A stretch of 64,000 nt of DNA from Pseudomonadota bacterium. Lineage in GTDB: Bacteria; Bdellovibrionota; UBA1018. Each line of letters starts with the position of its first letter. The first letter of the stretch is position 1. The position numbers and the translations under genes are program-made. The notes under the pieces were generated by a model. It was not told the origin of the DNA. It made no database searches and saw nothing but the letters and a program-made list of their open reading frames with translations. Below are positions 56,449 through 64,000 of the stretch, piece after piece. The stretch is taken from assembly GCA_027485695.1 (NCBI GenBank), contig JAIXQO010000004.1, positions 194,408 to 258,407 of the forward strand, in the 5' to 3' direction.

Positions 56449-57066
56449 CTATTGGACGGTCTTCTTAGCTTGAGCGGTCGGGAGGATGCCCGCTTCTTTG
56501 AGTGTACGTTCGGCGCGACCGCTTCCGGTACGAATCCAATACTCGTACATCTGGAGGAGATTCTTTTCGTTTTTGAGTGATGTCTGGTCGCTGATCTCGG
56601 CCAAGAGATCTACGAACATCGAGAATCGATCAGCCAATTCCGTAAATATGGGTCGAAGCTGCGCTTCTGCCTGCATGACCGCAACACGCTGGTAAGCGAT
56701 CCCACCCATGTCGATGTAGTAGTCGAGGTCGACGAGCTTACGATTCAAGCTATCTTGAAAAAAACCCGCCATGTAGAGAGAAACATCTCCCACTTGGCGA
56801 AATAGAGCTCGTTGCTGGCTGGGAGTCGCTTCGGCCTCGAAAGCCTCTTTGATCATGAACGCCAGAGGCTCTTCCTTGGATTGGCCGTTGGCATCCTTAG
56901 GATATAAAGCATCGGTGACCATAAACTGCTGAAGCAAATTCAGGAGGTAAACTTCGGTTTCGGGTCGAGGTTTCACTCGGCTACGGCCGATCGCTTGTTT
57001 CAATAACTCGTGAAAATACTCAGCAGGTTCAGCAACCAGTTTCAGCGATTTCGAAGACTCATCCAT
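56449..57066 (-). CDS. hypothetical protein
   Basis: 205-aa ORF with no motifs. It converges on the PPIase. Confidence 0.35.
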   Translation of the reverse strand: MDESSKSLKLVAEPAEYFHELLKQAIGRSRVKPRPETEVYLLNLLQQFMVTDALYPKDANGQSKEEPLAFMIKEAFEAEATPSQQRALFRQVGDVSLYMAGFFQDSLNRKLVDLDYYIDMGGIAYQRVAVMQAEAQLRPIFTELADRFSMFVDLLAEISDQTSLKNEKNLLQMYEYWIRTGSGRAERTLKEAGILPTAQAKKTVQ

Positions 57067-57132
57067 TCGCAGAAAATCCCTTTCTTAAGAGCCTAATTTC
57101 TATTGTAAGCCGAGGTACGGCTCTGTCAAACT

Positions 57133-57795
57133 GTGGGCATGTCATTCTCTACCCACACCGGAATCCGCGTCACCAGTCTGGCGCTATTGCTCGCCGCGCG
57201 CTTAGCCATCGCGGCCAAGCCGATTCCGTCCGGGGTAGAGGTCGATTTACTGGGTCGTCCTTGCCTACTGAAGGGCCCCTTCTCCAAGGCCGTGTTACTT
57301 TCCGTGCATCAAATGGGTCCGGAGAAAATCACCCCAAACCTGACTCCCAAAGAAATGGAGCAGATCGCAAAACAGGCAGCTTCTTCCAAGTCCCTCCCTC
57401 CGGCGCTTTCGGCCTACCGGGATCGACTCGTGAAACGACTCCGAGCCCAGGTTGCTTACGATAAATCGCTTACGGATCTGAAAAAGAAGCCCTACAACCC
57501 GGAACTTTCAGAGCTCTTCGTCAAAGGTCTCAAAGAACACATGAACGCGACGCGATTCCCGCTTTTCCGGGATGAGATCCGAAACCTTTTCTCGAAAAAC
57601 ACGAAAAAGACGCTCACCCCGGAATTCCTCGAAAAAATCAAAGAAACCGTCACGTCTTACATCGAACCGGATACTGAAGAGGAATTCCATAAAGCGATCC
57701 GAACCTCAGATATCCGCTATGAATGCCATTTCGGCGAAGAGCTCGACGACCCTCACGGCGAAGACGCTGAAGAAGACAAAAACACCCGGCGTTGA
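57133..57795 (+). CDS. secreted hypothetical protein
   Basis: Signal peptide (RVTSLALLLAARLAIAAKP) and an acidic C-terminal tail. Confidence 0.4.
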   Translation: MGMSFSTHTGIRVTSLALLLAARLAIAAKPIPSGVEVDLLGRPCLLKGPFSKAVLLSVHQMGPEKITPNLTPKEMEQIAKQAASSKSLPPALSAYRDRLVKRLRAQVAYDKSLTDLKKKPYNPELSELFVKGLKEHMNATRFPLFRDEIRNLFSKNTKKTLTPEFLEKIKETVTSYIEPDTEEEFHKAIRTSDIRYECHFGEELDDPHGEDAEEDKNTRR

Positions 57796-57996
57796 TGGCC
57801 AACTACCCTTCGTTCCACACCATTTTATCCCTCATTCCACGAAAAATTTAAGTTCCAAACTGTAGACGATCTTGCGTGGTCAACTTTCTTACCCTAAGTT
57901 CACGAACGCGACAGGTCGGACGTTTTTCGAAACACCCGGCGCCGCTCGCGACTCTTTAATCACAGACCATTTTCAAACGCTTCTCAAGGAGCTCCC

Positions 57997-59760
57997 ATGA
58001 GTCCGTTCTCAAAATCGAGGATCGGCAAGACCGCAAGTCTTTTGCCGATCTTCACTGCCGCAGTCTTTTCATTCTCTGCTTTTTCAGCTGATCCGCCGAA
58101 AACCGTCGCTCAGTACTGGAATGAAACTGGTTTCAAGATGTCGATCTTCGAAGATTTCTTCTTGCCCACCTGTAACCAGACGCTCGCCGGCTTCAGCGCC
58201 TGTTACAAAGCTGCACAGTCCTTGGCGAAAATGGGCAAGCCCGCTCTGTATCTGGCCGACCCGACCGAGATCGCTGAGCTTCTGCCCCTCTACACCGCAA
58301 AAAAAATCGAAGACGTCACCGCTCAAACTGCCCTCTATGAATTGACGGAGATTGATCACTCGAAACAACCGTTCACGAACGAACAATACAACCGGATCAA
58401 CAAACAAGTTCGTGCTGCTAGAATCAATTTCGTCATCAAGAGTTTTCCGATGGCCCAAGTTACGCCGGTGCCATTCACAAAACTCCACAAAAACCTGATG
58501 GCGCGTATACGTCCCGAGCTCCAGGGAGAAAAACTCGAAGCCTACGTTGCGTCCACCCTTTTTAACGCCGGCATCGGAGAATTTTTCGATCCCCATGCGC
58601 ATATCGACGCGAACGCGATTTTCGATATCGAAAACGATGATCGAAGAGTTTTCTACGGTATCGGCTCGTTTCTGAAAAAAACCGACCAAGGATTGGAGAT
58701 CACTGGAATTACCAAAGACAGCCCATCGATGCGCGCAGGCCTCAAGCGCAAGGACATCATCACCACGATCAATAACAAATCCATTGTCGGTATGCCATAC
58801 GTGGAAACACTCCCGCTCATCCGTGGCGAAAAAAACACGGTCGTGAAATTCAATATCGTTCGTGCCGGCCAACCTCTTGAAATCGAGGTAAAGCGCGGAG
58901 AAATCAAAAATCCGAATTTCTCCTACGAACTCTCAACTGACGGACCTATCAAAATCGGATACATGAAACTAAACACTTTTATGGATAACCCGGGCGTTGA
59001 GGCGGGCACCGACATCAAAACCTCGATCAAAGTGAGGGAGGCGATCCAAGATCTCGAGAAACAAGGTGCCCAGGGTTTCATCCTCGATCTCCAAGACAAT
59101 CCAGGCGGACTACTGGATATGGCGGTTGAAATCGGCGGCCATTTCGTCGGTAAGAAAACCATCGTTGAGCAGCACGAGCCGATCTCAAACGAGCTCAAGA
59201 AGAGACACGATGCACCCGAAGATGCGGTCACCAAACTCCCGCTGGTGATCTTGGTTGACGCGGGGTCCGCGAGTGCTTCCGAACTTCTAGCCGGTGCGAT
59301 GCAGGACTATAATCGTGCCCTGATCGTCGGGGCGCGGTCCTTCGGCAAAGGTACGGTCCAAGGAGTCGGCGATTTCTCCAAAGTCCTCCCATTTTTCGGG
59401 ATCCAAGAGGACAAAGTCCTGATCCGAAAAACGATCTCTCGTTTTCACCAGCCAAGCGGCCGAACGAACCAGTTCAAGGGAATCATTCCGAATATCGCGG
59501 TTGGCACAAAACCAGGAGTGGACGAAGACGACAGCGCCCTTCGCGAAGAAGACTACTACATGAGCGTCTCCGCGACGCAAACGACCGGCGGCGATTGGAA
59601 AGAGCCGAATCCACGCAAGATCCGTTCACTGCAGCGTTGCGTGGAGCGCAAAGGTACCCGCACCAAAGCCTACGATGAACTCGAGAAAGCAGCTCCTTAC
59701 AACGAGCCGAACTTGCGACGTTTGTACGCCGAAGACGTGATCTACTGCTTGAGTAACTAG
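57997..59760 (+). CDS. ctpA: S41-family C-terminal processing (tail-specific) protease with PDZ domain
   Basis: A PDZ domain (GITKDSPSMRAGLKRKDII), the catalytic region (GFILDLQDNPGG, LVDAGSASASE, SFGKGTVQ) and a signal peptide are present. An SD AAGGAG lies upstream. Confidence 0.85.
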   Translation: MSPFSKSRIGKTASLLPIFTAAVFSFSAFSADPPKTVAQYWNETGFKMSIFEDFFLPTCNQTLAGFSACYKAAQSLAKMGKPALYLADPTEIAELLPLYTAKKIEDVTAQTALYELTEIDHSKQPFTNEQYNRINKQVRAARINFVIKSFPMAQVTPVPFTKLHKNLMARIRPELQGEKLEAYVASTLFNAGIGEFFDPHAHIDANAIFDIENDDRRVFYGIGSFLKKTDQGLEITGITKDSPSMRAGLKRKDIITTINNKSIVGMPYVETLPLIRGEKNTVVKFNIVRAGQPLEIEVKRGEIKNPNFSYELSTDGPIKIGYMKLNTFMDNPGVEAGTDIKTSIKVREAIQDLEKQGAQGFILDLQDNPGGLLDMAVEIGGHFVGKKTIVEQHEPISNELKKRHDAPEDAVTKLPLVILVDAGSASASELLAGAMQDYNRALIVGARSFGKGTVQGVGDFSKVLPFFGIQEDKVLIRKTISRFHQPSGRTNQFKGIIPNIAVGTKPGVDEDDSALREEDYYMSVSATQTTGGDWKEPNPRKIRSLQRCVERKGTRTKAYDELEKAAPYNEPNLRRLYAEDVIYCLSN

Positions 59761-59774
59761 CAGAGGCTGACGCG

Positions 59775-60371
59775 CTAGGACCTCGCTCGAAGCGTATCGA
59801 TCAACTCAAAGACGCCGGAACGGATCATAGACACCGAGATTGCGACCAGGAGAAGTGCCGCAATCTTGGAGAGGACGACCGTTCCGTCTTTACCCAATAC
59901 GCGAGCAACCTGATGGCCGTTCTTCAGTACGATCCACGCGATCGCGTAGTTGAGGATCAGGGATGCAAGCGTGATGAGATATCCATTCACGTCAACCTGA
60001 AGAATCAACGTCGTTAAAATCGCCGGTCCCGTGATGAGTGGAACGGCGAGCGGAACAATCCCCGTCGAGCCCGAGGAACGTTGGTGGGAATCTGGCCCCC
60101 CCAGAAGATCTGCGAGCGAAATCAGAAGCAGAATCAATCCGCCGGCGATCTTGAAATCCGGAATACTGATGCCGAGATGATGAAAAATCGCGCGACCAGC
60201 GAATGTGAACACGATCGCTAAAATCAACGCAACGCCCATCGAAGTATTCACGATGCGCTTACGTTCCTCGTTACCCAGCATCTGCGTCAGCGACAGGAAG
60301 AGCGGCAATATTCCGATGATATCAAGAGCAACAAACAGCGCGGTGAATGAAATCAAAAAAGACGACATCAT
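59775..60371 (-). CDS. MarC-family integral membrane protein
   Basis: 198 aa with 6 TM helices and MarC-like sequence. Confidence 0.65.
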   Translation of the reverse strand: MMSSFLISFTALFVALDIIGILPLFLSLTQMLGNEERKRIVNTSMGVALILAIVFTFAGRAIFHHLGISIPDFKIAGGLILLLISLADLLGGPDSHQRSSGSTGIVPLAVPLITGPAILTTLILQVDVNGYLITLASLILNYAIAWIVLKNGHQVARVLGKDGTVVLSKIAALLLVAISVSMIRSGVFELIDTLRARS

Positions 60372-60383
60372 CTCAATTTCTTC

Positions 60384-63032
60384 CTATCCAACAGTAGACG
60401 TCACCAGCGGAGCATCGAGCAACAACCGACGAGCGAGGTTACAGACATCTCGGGCCGTGACTTTTTCAATCGAGCGCGCGATATCCGCCTCTGTTTTAAA
60501 TGGCAGACGATAGACTTCCTCTAAGGTGAAATAGCTGGCCATCGACGAATCACCTTGAAGGTCCATCGCACGGCGACCGAGGTAGAACTCTTTTGCACGG
60601 CGCATTTCTTTTTCAGTCGGGCCCTTTTTTACTAAGTCCTCGATCACTTTGCGCATGCCTTCGACTGCCTCAACGCGTTTTCCAGGGGAGCAAGCGATAT
60701 AGGTACCCACATATCCATTTTCCATGCCCTCCATGGAGACCGGAGCAATGGAATAGGCTAAGCTTTTCTTCTCGCGAAGCTCAATGAAGAGTCGACCGCT
60801 CTGACCACCTAAAATATTCGAGAGCACCCGCAGTGGGAGACGATCGTCGTCACCGAGTTTCAAACCCAGACCGCCAGTGAGCAAGTGAACTTGCTCGCGC
60901 CCAAGTTTTCTCTCGACCCACCTTGGAGCGACCAGTTCATTTTCTCGGGGAACTTCTGGAATCAATCGATTCTTACCGGAGGCGAAGGACTTTAAGCTTT
61001 CGTCGAACTGCTTCAAGAACGCTTCAAAATCCTTGCGGTTGATATTGCCCACCATGCTCACCACGAGATTCTCGGGCTGGACCCAGCGGCGATGGAACTC
61101 TTTGAGCGTCGCGGAATCCATTCCTTCAACGCTCTCTAAAGTCCCTTGCGTGAACTTGCCATAAGGATGTTTCTCAAAAAGCGTCTCCATGAACAATTTC
61201 GAACAGAGCGCAGACGAATGATCCTCGATGCCACGAATCGTGTCCTGAGCCAACCGTTTCGCATGCGCGAGTTCTTCTTCGTTGAAACTCGGCTCCAGTA
61301 AAACTTCTTGATAGAGCGAGGAGAGCTTGGACCAATCCCGTGCTAGGCCGACCAGGGTTAACCCAACCGTATTTCGTCCTGCGAATCCATCCATTCCGGC
61401 GGCGGAGCCTTCGATGATCGAGGTGATTTGTTTGGCCGTTTTTGAGTGAGTACCTTTGTTCCAGGTTGCGGCAAGTAACGGGCTTGCTCCGAGATCTTGC
61501 TGCGCGGAACGAACTGGGTCTACGGTTTCCAGGCGAGTTCCGCCCAAAACTGCGGAGTAGATGCTCATCAAGTGCGAATTCGGGCGATCGCGGTAAAGGA
61601 TCGTCGCACCGGACGGGAGGCGAATTTTTTCCGGAATCAAATCGAACGAAGAACCTTTCTTCGTTCGACGCGCGCTCGGCGCTTCCTGAGGCTGAGATGC
61701 CGTCAAGGTATCCCGAGCGATCTTCTCAAACGGAGCCGTCGTGAATCCTTCAGTCGCTTTTGGAATCATGAATGCGCCGGTCATCCGATCCAAAGTCAGA
61801 TATTTCTCTGCGATCGCACGCAGCTGATCCGGTGTCACGGAACGAATCGCATCCAAGTAACGGCGATCAAACTCTCGGTCGTTGACTTGGAATTTTAAGA
61901 ACCCAAGACGTCCGGCAACTCCGTCGGCGGTTTGCGCTGCGTAGAAACGCTCGCTCTCTTGGTTGACCGCGACCCGCGCGATTTCCTCGTCCGTTGGACC
62001 GTGTTCCTGAATGCGGCGGATTTCTTCACACATTCCTTGAAACGCCGGTTCTAGCTTTTCGAGGTTTTCGCAGTCGAGCGCGAAATACAGCATGCCTGGA
62101 TCTTTGGGTACGTAGGTTCCGCCATTTACATCAGTGACGACGCTCTCCTGATAGAACAATCGTTGGTACAAGCGGGACATCTCACCCATTGCAAGCACGC
62201 TCGCCAGCAGATCAATGGCAGGTAGATCTTCGTGCTTGAGATCAGGGATCCTGAAAGCCACGCATGCGGATGGCGTTTTCACGTCAAACTTGCGAGTCGA
62301 GAATTTGAGTTTCGAATTTTCTGGTTTCTCTGACAGTCGAGGGAGTGAATAAGGCGCTTTTTTCTTGAGCACCTTGGATCCGAACCGCTTCTCCAAGAGC
62401 GCGAGGATTTTTTTCTTACGGGCATCATCGAATGGCCCCACGAGCACGAGCCCCATATTGCCGGTCACGTACTGTCGACGATAGAACGCCTCGAGATCCG
62501 AAACGCTCGCCGCCTTGAGCGTACGCGCGAAACCAATGACTGGACGACCGTAAGGGTGTTTGGAGTAAACGTTCGAGAACAGATCCTGGAACAGCATGCG
62601 GTTCGGGCTATCCTCACCTCGCTTGAGTTCTTCTAAGATCACCTCGCGCTCGCGAACGAAATCTTCTTTCAGGAATCTTTGTGGTCGCGCCATCTCTCCG
62701 AAAACATCGAGAATCTTCTCCCAGTGATGAGACGCTACGGTGACGTGATAAACAGTTTGATCGAATGAGGTATAGGCATTGACGTCGCCTCCGAAACTCT
62801 CGATCGCACGAGCCAGCGCGCCGGTCGAAGCCTTGCCACTCGCCTTGGCGTCGGTGTCTTTGAAATGCATGTGCTCGAGGAAATGCGCAAAACCAGCTTC
62901 TTTGGGTTTTTCGTCAGCACTTCCTGTATTGATCCACCAATAGATCGAAGCCACCGGCCCATCGAAATTTTGAAAAAGGACCGGGATACCATTCGAGAGC
63001 GTCAGTTCTTCGGGCGTGAATAGCTTGGACAT
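60384..63032 (-). CDS. M16-family zinc metallopeptidase (two tandem insulinase-like units)
   Basis: 882 aa. The N-terminal inverted zinc motif HFLEHMHF (HxxEH) is present, and a second, inactive M16 half follows. Confidence 0.85.
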   Translation of the reverse strand: MSKLFTPEELTLSNGIPVLFQNFDGPVASIYWWINTGSADEKPKEAGFAHFLEHMHFKDTDAKASGKASTGALARAIESFGGDVNAYTSFDQTVYHVTVASHHWEKILDVFGEMARPQRFLKEDFVREREVILEELKRGEDSPNRMLFQDLFSNVYSKHPYGRPVIGFARTLKAASVSDLEAFYRRQYVTGNMGLVLVGPFDDARKKKILALLEKRFGSKVLKKKAPYSLPRLSEKPENSKLKFSTRKFDVKTPSACVAFRIPDLKHEDLPAIDLLASVLAMGEMSRLYQRLFYQESVVTDVNGGTYVPKDPGMLYFALDCENLEKLEPAFQGMCEEIRRIQEHGPTDEEIARVAVNQESERFYAAQTADGVAGRLGFLKFQVNDREFDRRYLDAIRSVTPDQLRAIAEKYLTLDRMTGAFMIPKATEGFTTAPFEKIARDTLTASQPQEAPSARRTKKGSSFDLIPEKIRLPSGATILYRDRPNSHLMSIYSAVLGGTRLETVDPVRSAQQDLGASPLLAATWNKGTHSKTAKQITSIIEGSAAGMDGFAGRNTVGLTLVGLARDWSKLSSLYQEVLLEPSFNEEELAHAKRLAQDTIRGIEDHSSALCSKLFMETLFEKHPYGKFTQGTLESVEGMDSATLKEFHRRWVQPENLVVSMVGNINRKDFEAFLKQFDESLKSFASGKNRLIPEVPRENELVAPRWVERKLGREQVHLLTGGLGLKLGDDDRLPLRVLSNILGGQSGRLFIELREKKSLAYSIAPVSMEGMENGYVGTYIACSPGKRVEAVEGMRKVIEDLVKKGPTEKEMRRAKEFYLGRRAMDLQGDSSMASYFTLEEVYRLPFKTEADIARSIEKVTARDVCNLARRLLLDAPLVTSTVG

Positions 63033-63203
63033 GAGTTCAGTGTATCTGAAATTCCCACTGAGATCCGATAGATAAAGATGATCGCATCATGAATGATTCC
63101 CGCGTTTACATCGCCTTGAGTACTCATCATCCCCAAGGAGCGCTTCTCTACCGCCAAAAACCAAGCGCCCGGCTACGGACTATGGTAAAACCCACGTCAT
63201 TCT

Positions 63204-64000
63204 ATGCGTTCCCTTTATATTCATTTCCCATTCTGCGAGACCAAATGTCACTACTGTGACTTTTACTCAATTGGCCGGGAGAAAACGCGCCCCGAGGATG
63301 CGGGTACATTCGAGAAATCGTTAGTCGCGGAATCTAAACGCGAGGCACATCGTCTCTCGTCTCAAATCAATACTATTTTTTTCGGTGGTGGAACACCGTC
63401 GATGACAGATCCAGATTCCATGGCACGTGCCATCGAGCCGCTGCAGTTGGGGAATCGCGTTCACGCTGCAACCGAGTGGACGATGGAGGCAAACCCATCG
63501 TCGGTCGACCGCGACCGGATCAAGGAGTACAAGAAACTGGGTGTGAATCGCATCTCCATGGGCGTGCAGTCACTCAATGACGAACGACTCGTGGCGCTCG
63601 GCCGCGTGCACGGAGAATCGCAGGCACTCTCAGCGCTCGATGAGCTTTTCTCTGCGGGCTTTAAAAATGTATCGGTAGATCTCCTTTGCGGTGTCCCTGA
63701 CCAATCGGACGAAGAGCTCGAAGCGGCCATGAAGCGCCTGTTATCGTTCCCGATCACGCATTTAAGCTGCTATTTGCTGACTTTGGTCAAAGGCCACGCC
63801 ATGTACAAGAAACTCCCGGACGAAGACACGCAGCTGCGCCACTTACTTCTGATCGACCGAGTGATGCGTGAAAACGGGTTTGAACACTACGAAATTTCGA
63901 ACTTCTGTAAGCCGGGATTCGAAGCAAAACATAACCTCGCCTACTGGAAGCGACAGGGATACCTCGGACTGGGTCCGAGCGCGCACTCTTACGACGATCA
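63204..64000 (+). CDS. hemW: radical-SAM heme chaperone HemW / oxygen-independent coproporphyrinogen oxidase-like, N-terminal part; gene runs off the window end
   Basis: ATG at 63204 giving MRSLYIHFPFCETKCHYCDFYS (CxxxCxxC radical-SAM cluster) and IFFGGGTPS. The frame is open to position 64000. Confidence 0.8.
   Translation, partial: MRSLYIHFPFCETKCHYCDFYSIGREKTRPEDAGTFEKSLVAESKREAHRLSSQINTIFFGGGTPSMTDPDSMARAIEPLQLGNRVHAATEWTMEANPSSVDRDRIKEYKKLGVNRISMGVQSLNDERLVALGRVHGESQALSALDELFSAGFKNVSVDLLCGVPDQSDEELEAAMKRLLSFPITHLSCYLLTLVKGHAMYKKLPDEDTQLRHLLLIDRVMRENGFEHYEISNFCKPGFEAKHNLAYWKRQGYLGLGPSAHSYDD

Noticed and set aside
58084-58872. 262-aa minus-strand ORF inside the S41 protease gene
   Set aside because: The + strand encodes a complete PDZ-S41 protease, so this is an antisense shadow.
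1-64000. Searched by eye for tRNA/rRNA genes, CRISPR repeats, IS elements, integrases and toxin-antitoxin pairs
   Set aside because: None were found. The intergenic regions are short and promoter-like, there are no direct repeat arrays, and no transposase or integrase-like ORFs appear in the six-frame track.

Overview
Bdellovibrio-like, ~50% GC chromosomal window that is densely coding, mostly on the minus strand. Its core is an unusually complete and compact type IVa pilus locus (3'->5' on minus strand unless noted). Genes present are pilQ-pilP-pilO-pilN-pilM, pilD, a pilI/pilH/pilG-like ABC transporter, pilA (+ strand, with a strong intrinsic terminator), and a sigma54 activator without a receiver (REC) domain followed by pilC-pilT-pilB. 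An ~8.9 kb block sits between pilA and the activator and encodes only membrane proteins. It holds two tandem paralogous polytopic proteins with TPR tails (GT-C or Wzy_C-like), a membrane-anchored class-A beta-lactamase-fold serine hydrolase, an 816-aa all-TM protein and a convergent 657-aa ArnT/PMT-like protein. I read this block as a candidate, undescribed pilin/pilus glycosylation or modification module, analogous to the Pseudomonas tfpO/tfpW cassettes downstream of pilA. Flanking genes are housekeeping or envelope related. On the left are a partial AsmA-like gene, accC-accB-efp and two TPR proteins. On the right are ribF and a type III glutamine synthetase. They are followed by a Bat (aerotolerance) operon of MoxR, DUF58, BatA, a BatB-BatC fusion and BatD, preceded by a 1273-aa orphan lipoprotein. 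Further right are dnaB, rplI, a DUF2232 gene and rpsF without rpsR or ssb. Next comes a TetR regulator flanked by two perfect 16-bp palindromic operators and several small secreted proteins. The window ends with tatC, a cyclophilin PPIase, an S41 C-terminal processing protease, MarC, an M16 peptidase and a partial hemW. I found no rRNA, tRNA, CRISPR array or mobile element. The six-frame track calls TTG/GTG codons as M, so several starts were re-set from the sequence.
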